Of a DNA stretch of 64,000 bases, positions 13,905 through 27,457 are shown in pieces; position 1 is the first letter of the stretch, and each line of letters opens with the position of its first letter. The DNA comes from Mobula hypostoma (Eukaryota). The notes below the pieces were generated by a model. It saw only the letters and a list, made by a program, of their open reading frames with translations, did no database searches and was not told the origin of the DNA. Position numbers and translations under genes: made by a program. The stretch is from the NCBI RefSeq assembly GCF_963921235.1, contig NC_086097.1:237214001-237278000 (forward strand). Reading direction: 5' to 3'.

Positions 13905-14395
13905 CAACCATAAGACTGTAAGGTACAGAAGCAGAATTAGGCCATTTGGTCCATCGAGTCGGCTCGGACATTTCATCATGGCTGATGCATTTTCTCTCTC
14001 AGCCCCAATCTCGGGCTTTCTTTCCATGTCCCTTCATGCCTGACTAATCAAGAATCTATCAATCCCTGCCTTAAATATACCCAATGATTTGGCCTTTGCA
14101 TTCGCCTGTGGCAAAGGATTCCATAGATTCACCACTCACTGGCTAAAGAAATTCCTCCTTATCTCCATTCTAAAGAGACGCCTCTGTATTCTGAGGCTGT
14201 GTTCTTCGGTCTTAGACTTTACTACCAGAGGAAAGATCCTCTCCACATCCATTCTATCAAGGCTTTTCACATAAGAAGGGCAGCACCATGGTAAATCTAC
14301 TCAGCATCTCTCTAATGAGACAACCAGAACTGAACACAATATTCCTAGTGTGATCTAACCAGAGTTTTATAGAGCTGCAATACTATCTTGCAGCT
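13905..14395 (-). mobile_element. Old CR1 3' fragments
   Basis: Reverse-strand match to the CR1 3' end (aattcctcc...tctgaggctgtg; ccagaactgaacacaatattc). Confidence 0.75.
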
Positions 14396-16059
14396 TCTTT
14401 CTGGATTGGAAAGTCTGAGGCTTTTCATTTGCATGAGGAGAACGCTTTGATGAATTGTTGCCTCAGGCCTGTGCAAAGAGTACATTGCAGGCATTGATTT
14501 TGGATAAGACAACAATGCTCAGGGTGATTGTAAACCTGACGTGCATTGTAAATAATAGTTCTTAGCAAGGTCAGAAATGCAGTGCCTTGTTGCAGGTGAT
14601 CCTAGAATGCAATGACGGACAGATTGATTTTCCTACTTCCTATTTCCCCTATGTCAAGTGGAAGGAACAAGACTGTTTGTTGATGGAGATAATCACTGCC
14701 AGGCACTTGTGTAACGTATTGGTAACCTGCAACTTATCTTTCAAATTCAAATGATGCACAGACACGAAGGTCTTCATCAAGGTTCCTCTTGCCCTTTTCT
14801 AGCGGATCAGGGTCTTCTGAATAATCAGACAGATTGTGTGCTTCCTAACACCATGTCTCACCTCCCTTTAATGAAAGCCTAATTCATCTACATATTCTTG
14901 CCTCACTATGGCATATATGGGGTGTGCTTCATCACAGCAAAGTTGTGAAGAATACAGCACGCAATGATACAGAAATTTAAAAAAAAATCCACCTTCTGCT
15001 CTCCCAAGAAAACTAGTTGAAGACAAATTCAATTATTTCTGAGCTACAAACAAGTTTTAGGTTATCTTTCCTTAATCAAATCAGCTGCTGAAAAAAGAAA
15101 AATAAACTTTCCATACATTCCTCAGCTTCTCACCATTCTAATTAACATTTGTTGAATCTGATCTTCGTTTCCAATTATTTCATATATAAACCTGCAATTG
15201 TTCAGTGAGGCATAATGGTACTTTTCATCAAATATGTTTTCATAAATTCATGTTATAATGTCTCTTATTTTTATACCGGGGGAAAAAGAAGATGCATAAC
15301 AGAAGAAAAAAAGAAAAAAATAACTTTTATCATTATTTACTTCCCAGAAGTCTGCATCCAATACAAAGTCTCCTCCTCACTTTTCTCTAGCGTCTCCCTT
15401 ATATTTTGTCCTATTTCAGAAGCTTCCATTCTTCAAGTTGTTTTCCTGTTGTGTACAGCTGCAATAATGTCCTTGGCCATGAAGGAACAACTGTCTGCTA
15501 ATCAGTATTGAATATGAGTGAAACCATATTCTTAACCACCTATCAGGAAAAGTTACGTTATGTGCACCTGTATAATATTCAAAGATTGATACAATCATCC
15601 ATTACACATAGCAATGTAAATTTTATCTAAGAACAAACTCCTAGAAATCCAAATTGTTAATATGAAAAGATATGCATATTTATCAGTACAACATGAATCT
15701 TTGTCCTGGATTTATATAATTTTCCATTATTACTCAAACCAACCTAGAATTTTAATCAGTTTGCAACTGAGATATGTAATGTAACCCATTCATTTGAATC
15801 AAGTCACCAACCTTGACTGAGAAGTGAAGGGAAGTTGCTTCAAATCATGCTTTTAATTAATTTATATCAATTATATATTATTAATAATAATTATTATTAA
15901 TTTAAATTATATTATATTAAAGTTAGCATTCAGTTTCTAAAAATTTTCGTTATCAGAACATTTATGACAAGGTCCTTCTTGGCACCCGACTCCTTTTAAA
16001 GATCTGTTTTGTTTGTCGCACCTACATTGAAAAACATCAAAACATACAACAAAGTACGT

Positions 16060-16340
16060 CATTTGCGTCAACAACCGACAGAGTTCAAGGATGTGCAGGA
16101 TGCAGCCGCAAGTGTCCCAGTGCTTACGGTGCCAACGTAGCGTGCCCACGACTCACTAATCCTATCCCATATGTCTTTGGAATGCAAGGAGAAATTGGAG
16201 CACTTGGAGGAATCCCACTCAGTCACAGGGATACACTCGGTCACAGCGATGAAATCTCTTTACAGACAATGGTAGGAATTGAACCCTGAACGCCGGCCAT
16301 GTGAAGTGTTATGCTAACCACCACAAAATTGTGCCGTCCC
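16060..16340 (-). mobile_element. tRNA-derived V-SINE-like element
   Basis: Minus strand reads GTGGTTAGCA...GGGTTCAATTCC, followed by a core resembling GTGGGTTTCCTCC..GTGCTCC..TTTCCT. Confidence 0.65.
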
Positions 16341-17211
16341 ATACCACTCCTGTTATCATACCCTTTAGGACCATTTGCATGCCAGTTTGGAAACTGAGGG
16401 TTTTGTTCTGCCATATGTTATGTTTATATTTTTATGAAACTAATAAAAAGATTGAAAAAGTTTGGAAACTGAGGGATTAAATTATTTGAAAAATATTTCC
16501 AAATGCACATTCTCTAGATTTAAAGGCTATTCATCCTTGTTCAGCCTTGTGATTTCTAGAGAATAAAGCTTTACTATAACAGATCTCTTCAGAGTTTATC
16601 CTTGCTGGCTTTAGGAATCAGCCTTATACATTTTCAAAGGTTGTACGGACTAATCAAATGAGAGGAAACATAAAGCAGAGAATATTAAAATACTAACAAA
16701 CTCCTTAAATCAGTGATGAGAATTGAGCCCTAATCTTACAGCTGGCACTGTCGAATGTTGCGTTAACTGCTAAACGACCATACCATATATACGTAAAGCT
16801 ATTTACATTTTTTATCTTAAAAGTTAAGTTCTTAATGGACAGCTATGAATCTGTGCCTAGCATCATACCTGCCAAAATCATTGATTACAAATCAAATTCA
16901 AGTTTAATTATCATTCAACCATACATGAATACAACTGAACAAAACAGTGCTGTTCTGGGGCTAAGGTGCAAAACATACACAGCACATTCACAATACAGAG
17001 CAAAAAAAATCAGACTTGATATTGATCACAAAATTCGGGAATGACACTCCAGTGAGGGATTTAATAATATGGATGTAGACTCTAAAATGTAATGTTCTGT
17101 AATCTATAAACATTTAGAACAATAATAATGCATTGAAAATGAAAAGAAATGTTTTCCCATGCTAATACATCAGCTTCACAAGTGATATACGTTTTAAATG
17201 TTTGGTCATTA

Positions 17212-17556
<345 letters not shown>

Positions 17557-17774
17557 TTACAGAAGTATGCAGAATTAAGGAAAATTTACATCAGTATGAA
17601 ATTAAAGTTAATAATTATGATTTCATTATATGCAAGAGGGGCAGACAAATTTCCTCAAACTATAAGAAGTTTTTTTTTAATGCAAGACTGCAGAATCCTG
17701 TGTTAGTGTTGGCATGTGAGTTTTTTCTTAATATAAATAAACTAATTCAATGATCATAGGATAAGAAATAACAT

Positions 17775-18585
17775 AGTTCTGGAGCACAAACCCAAAATGC
17801 TGGAGGAAGTCAGCGGATCAGGCAACGATCTTGTGAGAATCATTTACAGTTTCTGTTGCTCCCTGTGCGGCCTCCTCCACATTGGTGAAGCCTAACCTAG
17901 ATTGGGGGCCACTTCGTCAAGCACCTTCACTCCGTCTGCCACATAAGGCAGGCATTCCCCGTGGCCACCTATTTTAATTCGGCTTCCCATTCTCCTTCCA
18001 ACATTTTGATCCGTGGTCTCCTCTCCCGCCACAATGAGGCCATTCTCAGGTTGGAGGAGCAACACCTCATATTCCGTCTAAGTAGCCTCCAACCTGATAG
18101 TGTAAATATCAATCCTCTATCTTCTGGTAATTTCTCCCCGTCCTTTTTTCTCTCTTTTTCCATTCCCTATTCTGGCTCCCCACTTACCCCTTCTCTTCTC
18201 TTCACCTCCCCACCACCTCATTCTGGTGCCCCTTCTCCTTTCCTTTCTCCCATGGTCCACCTTCACCTCCTATCCGATTCCTTCTTCTTCAGCCGTTTAC
18301 TCCTTCCTCCTATCTCCTCCCAGTTTCTTACATTATCTCCCTTCCCCTCCCACCTAAGTTCCCACTCTATTGCTTTCACCTATCACTTGTCAGCCCTCCA
18401 CCCCCCCCCCACCTGCCTATTCTGGTGGTTTCCCCCTTCCTTTAAAGTCTGGATAAAGGTCTAGGCTCAAAAAACATCAAGTGCATATTCCTTTCCATAG
18501 ATGCTGCCTGACCTGCTGAGTTCCTCCAGCATTTTGTGGTTTTTACTCTGGATTTCCAGCATCTGCAGAATCTCTTGTGTTTATC
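17775..18585 (+). mobile_element. Degenerate Penelope-like element 3' region (family 1)
   Basis: ORF 17961 has ILRLEEQHLIFRLSSLQP, matching the element at 22018. CT-rich tail and atagatgctgcctgacctgctgagttcctccagc. Confidence 0.8.
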
Positions 18586-19754
18586 ATCAACTCTACCTGC
18601 GTGCAATGTGAAAAGCGGTGGCGGGGGGGGGTGATTTGTTTGCTAACTCATTGCTGAACATCAGCAATCTAGTGTAAGTGGTTACGAGAACAGATAGAAA
18701 ACTGAAAGAAAAGATGAGCACCACGTTTTTCCTCTTTTTTTTGTACTCCTCACTTGATAGCACCCAAATAGGAAGGATAATTGGCAACAGCTTCTGTTTT
18801 TGATGCTTGTTTAAAAACCCTACAATGAGTCTTTAGAGAAAGATGCAACCATATTTCAAGGAGCAAAATTAAAATGAGGTTAAAAGTTCCTTGCCAGTTA
18901 ATCACCAGATTAGCTAACAATGGAAGCATTTTCATAGAATTCTTGTTAACATGAATTCTTCAGTATTTGTTCCAATAATCATGAGCAGTTACTGGCTAGA
19001 GAGCAAGAGTACTTACAGAGTCTCGCTAACTATCCTTTCTATTACATTAGACCTTTAAACAACTGTCTGCAGTCAACAAGGCTTCAATTAACTGAGCAGT
19101 ATTAACCTCAGAGGCACTTAAAGCAGCAGACTAATAAACCACTGAAAAGTCCTGATGCATATTCAGTCATGTACTAGTTCTCTCTTGTAAAATGATGAAA
19201 ATCTCCTGGTTTGGACATTGAAATTAAAATTATACAAACAAAGAATGTTTAAATGAGCTAGATTTTAAATTAAACTTTGCTCCCAGTGCATTCTACACCA
19301 TTTTCAACATAAATCGATAAGCACAACTCAGAGCCAGTGATGTTAGTGAAGCAAACTATGAATTGCATAAGCAGTTTCATTTGAATGCTAACATATGAAC
19401 ACAAGGCAATGTCAGGAGCAGAACTTTCGAGTTCTTATGAAGGTTCCTAACCCAAAACATTGACTGTCCACTTCCCTCCATTGATGCTACATGACCTGCT
19501 GAGCTCCTCGAGGGTTTTGTGTGCGTTGATGCAGTTTCCATCATTTGCATTCTCCCTCTGTCACCTTCAACATTTAACAATTTTCTTCACTTCAACAACA
19601 ATCCTGACTAATGTAGGGTTAGATGTTGAAATCAACAAGATGTCTCCCTTTCTCAATGAACTATTCTACAGTTTTGGAATGTGTTATGCAAGGGCCATAA
19701 TTGGACACCTTAGTTTAATAAAAACAGGAATATCACAGTCGCATTGGCATATCA

Positions 19755-20092
19755 GACATAGAGTCATAGAAAAGTACAGCACAGAAATAGGCCCTTCAAC
19801 CCTTCTAGTCCATGCTGACCAATTTAAACTGCCAGCTCCCATCCACCTGCACCGTGACTATAGCCCTCCATCCCTCTACCATCCATGTGCCTATCCAAAC
19901 TTCTCTTAAATGTTAAAAGTGAGTTTGCATGCACCACTTGCACTGGCAGTTCATTCCACACCCTCATGACCCTCTGAGTGAAAAAGTTTCCGGTCATGTT
20001 CCCCTTAAACTTTTCACCTTTCACCCTTAACCCATGACCTCTAGTTATAGTCCCACCCAACCTCAGTGGAAAAAGCCTGCTTGCATTTACCA
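19755..20092 (-). mobile_element. CR1 3' fragment
   Basis: ORF 19824..20093 contains TRGHGLRV...FFTQRVMRVWNELP. Confidence 0.85.
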
Positions 20093-20368
20093 AAGTAAGG
20101 TTACTTAATATGTAGAGAAAGGAAGCCTATTTGGTCTACCTTAATCATCTATCAGAAAGGCAGTTCTCACAGCACAGTACCTAACACATTCTTGAGTGTT
20201 TTTAATATTCTTCCCCTTATTATTCTTTTGAAGCTTTTCCCAAATAAGATTTATTTTCCTAACGTCAAGTCAGTATTTGCAAAGTAATTTGATTTATCGT
20301 CAACCATTGTAATAATATTCATGTTTATCTGACAACGACCTTGGAGTTCAATAGTGATATGTTTCTTA

Positions 20369-20515
<147 letters not shown>

Positions 20516-21416
20516 TCAACGGAATACCTGATGTCACAAATATTAACAGAAAGTTGTTAAAAGTAGTTGATACATTCTTCTCTGTCAAATTTGGTACTAT
20601 GAATGGAAACTAGAGTGAATGAGAAAAAGGTGAAACCATAATTGTTTCTAGTTTTCAAGGTTCAAAGTTCAATTATTATCAAAGTATGTATACAGAATCC
20701 AACTCCGAAATTTGTCCTCCCGCAGGCGGACACGAAACAAAGAAACACCAGGGACAGACTGCTTTTATTCAAATTTTGCTGGAGCATTGCTTTGCTGTCT
20801 GAACAACTAAAGCATACAGCATACTCAAAGTATTTAAAAACACCAATTCATTCACATGAGAGTGCTGACGAAAAGATTAGTGCCTGAGGCTGATTTTCAC
20901 ACCACGCTTCATGAACCTAACACAGAAGCACTGCTTTGTCACGTTCCATTGAATGTCACATACTTGAAACACTTTTATGTGCTTCAAATGTTTGTAACAT
21001 TGTTGTTTTAGCAAAAGGACCCCACAAAATGTAGATCGATGGGTGATTTTCATTTTTGTTGGACTGATTAGTGCTTGCACTAACCCATCTTGTGGTCATC
21101 ACCTGCACCAGCCCAGTCACCACAAACAGTGGAAATCAAGATCTTTCCATTCATCACAGATTTGATCGGATGTGTTTAGAATGTATTAAATGTAAATCAA
21201 ATGAAAAAAAAGATATCAGCAGCAGCACAGTGACAGAGCTCATAATGCCAGGGCTTCACAGTTCTGATGGCTCACAATCCCGACCTCCAATGCTGTCTGT
21301 GTTGAGTTTGCATGTTCTCACCATGAGTACATGGATTTTCTTCCACTGTGACCATGCAGGTTAACTGGCCACTGTAAATTCCCTGTCATTTGTAATAAAT
21401 AGTCCAATGTTCATGT

Positions 21417-21782
21417 TGTTATGTAAACAAACTCACCGGAGAGTCACAGCTGGTAGGTATAAAGTAGGCTTTTATTCAAACAAAATGATATACTTACTGA
21501 AGGAAGAGGCCTGCTCGACCCAATATTACATGGCATTTTATATGCTAAATATCAAAGGACAATTCTATATCTACAATGCTTCATTTGAATTTTCACACCT
21601 CCTTCTTTGCACCCACAATCCAGAAAATCGAAATGAATGTTAATCAGCATTGTCTGTTTTTTCAATTACATACTATCTGCAGCTCTAGGAACCAATTATC
21701 CAGGGCTGCATTTAAATTTAATCTACAATCCATGTTCAGTTCTAAAGATTAATTGCTGAAGTTAATATTTTGCAATATAACA
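21417..21782 (-). mobile_element. Candidate solo LTR inside a degenerate SINE (~21220-21915)
   Basis: TGTTAT...ATAACA inverted termini. The minus strand has TATAAAA followed by AATAAA. No clear TSD. Confidence 0.45.
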
Positions 21783-22017
21783 TAATTCCAGAATATTCCC
21801 TGACAGATGGGAATGTGGGGAAAATGAAATTGTATGCATTGGATTAGTGCAGATGAGAGATTTGTGGTCAGAGCATACTTGGTAGGCCTGTTTCAACATA
21901 GTTTGACTCTGTGATTATGAATTAAAATTAAGTTATAAACACACTCAACTGATGTACGGTATGAAAACCATTGATATTAATTAAAATTAAGCAAAATGAA
22001 AACACTAATTTATGATT

Positions 22018-24783
22018 CCGTCTCCCCTTCCCATACCACCACTCTGCAACCCCATCTCCCTCACATTCCATCATCTACTCCTGGGCCCTCGGAGGCTCCT
22101 CCTCTCTCTCACCCCAACCCTCCCCTCTCCATTGACACTACCAGCCTCCCTCCTCCTCCCCCCTCTGATCCCAGCTCTCATTCGTGCCAGGTCTTTACCA
22201 TCCCTTGTGACCTTCAACTCTCAGAGGCAGAGCACTCTGTCCTCAGTAAGGGCCTCACTTTTGTCCCCCTTCGCACACACCTCAGTGAGTTCCACATTCG
22301 CCATGACGCTGAACTCTTCTTCCGCCGGCTCCGTCTTCGAGTCTACTTCTTTGGCAAGGACTCTCCCACCCCCACCGATGACCCCTTCTCCCGTCTTCAA
22401 CCCTTGTCCTCTTCATGGACACCCCGCTCTGGTCTTCTGCCTGCTCTGTATCACTTTATTGCTAACAGCCGACAGGACATCAACTGTCTCGACTTCACCG
22501 CACCTTGTTCCAATTCCAACCTCACTCCTTCCGAACACTCTGCTCTCCACTCCCTCCGCACTAATCCTAACCTTAATATAAAACCCGCCGATAAGGGGGG
22601 TGCTGTTGTAGTCTGGCGTACTGACCTCTACCTTTCCGAGGCACAGCGACAACTCGCGGATACCTCCTCTTATTTACTCCTCGATCATGACCTCACTAAA
22701 GAGCACCAGGCCATTGTCTCCCACACCATCACCAACTTTATCCGCTCAGGGGATCTCCCATCCACCGCTACCAACCTTATAGTTCCCACACCCCCCACTT
22801 CCTGTTTCTACCTCCTACCCAAGATCCACAAACCTGCCTGTCCAGGTAGACCCATTGTCTCAGCTTGCTCCTGCCCTACCGAACTCATTTCTGCATACCT
22901 CGACACTGTTTTAACCCTCTTGTTCAATCTCTTCCCACCTATGTTCATGACACTTCTCACACTCTGAATTTTTTTGATGATTTTAAGTTCCCTGGCTCCC
23001 ACTGCTTTATTTTCACCATGGATGTCCAGTCCCTATATACCTCCATCCCCTACCAGGAAGGTCTCAAAGCTCTCCACTTCTTTTTGGATTCCAGACCGAA
23101 CCAGCTCCCCTCTACCACCACTCTGCTCTATCTAGCAGGATTAGTCCTTACTGTTAATAATTTCTCCTTTGGTTCCTGCCACTTCCTCCAAACTAAATGT
23201 GTAGCCGTGGGCACCCCTATGGGTCCCAGCTATGCCTGCCTTTTTGTTGGCTCTGTGGAACAATCCATGTTCCAAGCTTATACTGGTATCTGTCCCCCAC
23301 TTTTCCTTCGCTACATCGACGACTGCATTAGCGCTGCTCCCGACACACATGCTGAGCTTGTTGACTTCATTAACTTTGCCTCCAACTTTCACCCTGCCTT
23401 CAAGTTTACCTGTTCTATTTCTGACACCTCCCTCCCCTTTCTAGATCTTTCTGTCTCTGTCTCTGGAGACAGCTTATCTACTGATGTCTACTATCAGCCT
23501 ACGGACTCTCACAGCTATCTGGACTATTCCTCTTCTCACCCTGTCTCTTGCAAAAATGCCATCCCCTTCTCGCAATTCCTCCGTTTCGGCTGCATCTGCT
23601 CTCAGGATGAGGCTTTTCATTCCAGGACGAAGGAGATGTCCTCCTTTGTTAAAGAAAGGGGCTTCCCTTCCTCCACCATCAACTCTGCTCTCAAACACAT
23701 CTCTCCCATTTCACGCACATCTACTCTCACCCGATCCTCCCACCACCCCACTAGGAATAGGGTTCCCCTGGTCCTCACCTACCACCCCACCAGCCTCCGG
23801 GTTCAACATATAATTCTCCGTAACTTCCGTCACCTCCAACGGGATCCCACCACTAAGCACATCTTTCCCTCCCCCCCCCCGCTTTCCGCAGGGATCGCTT
23901 CCTACGTGACTCCCTTGTCCATTCGTTGCCCCCATCCCTTCCCACCGATCTCCCTCCTGGCACTTATCCTTGTAAGCGGAACAAGTGCTACACATGCCCT
24001 TACACTTCCTCCCTCACCACCATTCAGGGCCCCAGACAGTCCTTCCAGGTGAGGCGACACTTCACCTGTGAGTCGGCTGGGGTGATATACTGCGTCCAGT
24101 GCTCCCGATGCGCTCTTCTATATATTGGCAAGACCCAATGCAGGCTGGGAGACCGTTTCGCTGAACACCTACGCTCTGTCCGCCAGAGAAAGCAGGATCT
24201 CCCAGTGGCCACACATTTTAATTCCAAATCCCATTCCCATTCTGATATCCACGGCCTCCTCTACTGTGAAGATGAAGCCACACTCAGGTTGGAACAACAA
24301 CACCTTATATTCCGTCTGGGTAGCCTCCAACCTGATGGCATGAATATTGACTTCTCTAACTTCCATTAAAGCCCCACCTCCCCTTCGTACCCCATCTGTT
24401 ATTTATTTATTTATTTTTATGATTAATTTTTTTTCTTTCTCTCTCTCGCGCTCTCCTTTTTCTCCCCCTGTCCCTCTCACTGTACTCCTTGCCCATCCTC
24501 TGGGCTTCCCCCTTCCCCTTTTCTTTCTCCCTAGGCCTCCCGTCCCATGATCCTCTCATATCCCTTTTGCCAATCACCTGTCCAGCTCTTGGCTCCATCC
24601 CTCCGCCTCCTGTCTTCTCCTATCATTTCGGATCTCCCCCTCCCTCTCCCACTTTCAAATCTCTTACTATCTCTTCTTTCAGTTAGTCCTGATGAAGGGT
24701 CTCGGCCCGAAACGTCGACTGTACCTCTTCCCATAGATGCTGCCTGGCCTGCTGCGTTCACCAGCAATTTTTATGTGTGTTGC
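22018..24783 (+). mobile_element. Penelope-like retroelement (RT plus GIY-YIG endonuclease), frameshifted, with 3' pLTR
   Basis: ORFs 21996..22967, 22865..24052 and 23926..24369 carry ADKGGAVVVW, YLLPKIHK, GRPIVS, MDVQSLYTSI, GTPMGPSYA, LRYIDD and GVIYC..C..C...YIGKT...RFAEH. 8-bp TSD TTATGATT (22010-22017 and 24784-24791). Confidence 0.93.
24685..24720 (+). ncRNA. Minimal type I hammerhead ribozyme motif in the PLE pLTR
   Basis: AGTC-CTGATGA-A-GGGT(CTCG)GCCC-GAAA-CG-TC^GACT: stem I AGTC/GACT, core CUGAUGA, stem II, GAAA, palindromic ACGT mini-helix III and a GUC cleavage triplet. Confidence 0.8.
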
Positions 24784-25319
24784 TTATGATTTCAATGAAG
24801 GTTTACGCTCCCATTAAGGTGAATAAATCATAAAACCGATGAGCTAGCTATGGCCGGTGCAAAGATGAAGGGCAGATACAAAATTCAGCCTGGAACACAT
24901 CTATGCCTACACTGCAACTAACCCACGATTCTCTATGAAACAGCTACTTAGCCATGAATACAATGTGACCCATTATCGAATGGGTGATGAGCAATGGAAA
25001 AGCACAGTGAAAACTCGCTGCTCTACTGTGAATAGTACTAGAGGGCTTCCACCGTCAGCTGGAGCAACTTTACGAAATAGCCATTATGTTATAGATGCGT
25101 ATTAACAGACCCGAGCATTTATAAATGCTCTGAGTCACAGTCATAGGAAAGTACAGCTTAGAAACAGGCCCTTTGGCCCATCTGGTATGTGCTGAACCAT
25201 TCAACCTCCCTAATCCCATCGAACTGCTTCATGTTCATCTGACCAATAAGACAAAAAATGCCAAAGTTGCCAACAAAATAATGTGGTGTGCCCCTTAGTT
25301 ATATATACAGTGCATTTCA

Positions 25320-25720
25320 GAATCAGAAGTGAATCAGGTTTAATATCATTGGCATATGTCATAAAATTTGTTTTCTTTGCTGCAGCAGTACAATGCAATA
25401 CATGATCGTAGAGAAAACATGAATTACGTTAAGTATATTAAAGATTTAAATTAAGTAGTGAAAAAGCAAAACTGAAAAAAAAAAGTAACGAGGTTGTGTT
25501 CTTGAGTTCCATGTCCATTCAGAAATCGGATGGCAGAGAAGCTGTTCGTTGAGAACATTGCTTCAGGCTTCTGTACCTCCTTCCTGGTGGTAGCATAAGA
25601 AGAGGGCATGTCCTGGGTGATGGTAGTCCTTAATGGTGGGCACCACCTTTCTGAGGGATCACTCCTTAAGATGTCCTGGATGCTGGATAGACTAGTGCCC
25701 ATGTTGGAGCTGACTGAGTT
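25320..25720 (-). mobile_element. Rex1/Babar-like LINE 3' fragment
   Basis: Reverse strand resembles 56540-56770 (gacccccaccacccagg.catgc.ctcttctc...aggaggtacag) and ends in an aataaacctgatt-like tail. Confidence 0.6.
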
Positions 25721-26092
25721 GGCTAAGTTTTCAACACCTAATCATTATGTAATTGGAAACTTCTGGATTTCAATTCTGTTTTCTCTGAGATAAAATTTAA
25801 TCATAAAAATATATGACTTCTGTGGTGGTTCCCATCACTGAAATTTTCCAACACCTTAGCAGGACTATTAAGGTTCCCCTAATGTCCATTCAGAGGAGGC
25901 ATCACAGAAATTCAAGAGATGCTGTTCCCAACTATAAATAAGTGCTGAGTTGCTATATTTTGCAGTATCAAGAACTCAAAAATTTCCTCTGCCAGCATAT
26001 TTTATGAACATATTTTTGCAATGATGCCAAAGTAAATAAATGAAATGGTACCGAGTGAGAAGAAACAAGGTCCAAATCCCTGCCACACATCA

Positions 26093-26326
<234 letters not shown>

Positions 26327-27457
26327 TCAATACAAAGCAATACCACCAAATGAGAATGTTTGACGAGAAACAATAGTTGCCGTTTATCCTGAAATTGACG
26401 TTATGCAGCCTGTGCAGCAAATCCATGGCAATTAGGGGCTAGGATTATCACAAAACTGAGAGAGTGATACAGAATGAAGACTTCCAAGATTCAATATTCA
26501 AAATACATTTATTATCAAAGTATGTATGCAGTATACAACCCTGAAATTCGTCTTCCTGCAGAGATCCACGAAACAAAGGAACATAGAACCTTTTCAAAGA
26601 AAGCATCAAATATCCAGCGTGTAAAAAAAAGAACAAATCGAACAAGTGGCAAAAAATGTGTGAAATACACACAGAGTACTAAAAATCAAATTGCAGAGCC
26701 CTGGAAACAGTCTAGGAATGTTCAGTTTCATTCAGTTCAGTCTATTTACTTCGATTTTATAGAAGTACTTGGATTCATAAGTATATGCTCTGTTTTTTTT
26801 TGCTCAAAATATGTCATCTTTGAATTGGTTACCTGTTTCCATGATAGAATGTGCACTTTAAACGTGAGGAAAGCAATTAATAGGGACATTATGAGTAAAG
26901 AACCCTATGGGGACAACAATAGGACTGTAGGCCCCATTCCAGAGAACTTATCTCTGCAGAAGTTAAAGTAGGTAATAGATTTGTTAATGTATGGTCAGAA
27001 GAAGTGGTTAGGAATAATAGACATGTTAAGTACAAATGACCGCTGAGGAGATTGGTTAATAATTGAGTATTTATTGATTAAATCAATAGGATATCTTTTT
27101 ATCAGACCACGAGAGGCAAGGGGCCAATGTGTATTGCGGAAGATTTATTGTTTTTAACCTGCTAAAATATATTAGATTGAATACAAGTCATCCAATTTGG
27201 ATACTTCTGAAAAGAAACAATCTGAATACTTTTTAAATAGCAATAAAACTTGGAATAAGAGCAGCCTGAAGGATACAAGAGGCCATATTTCGATTTAGAT
27301 CACCAAATATGTAAGCCATGCATAAAATAATTACAAAAGCTCTTGTATTCTAAGCTTAATACAAATACTGAAAAACAAATACTAAAGCTCTTGGGTTCCA
27401 ATCATTTCTAAATTGAGGGCGAGAATATATACAACCCCGGCTCAGCCAGAGCTGAAT

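Noticed and set aside
15850..15922. Almost pure AT stretch
   Set aside because: Ordinary low-complexity sequence.
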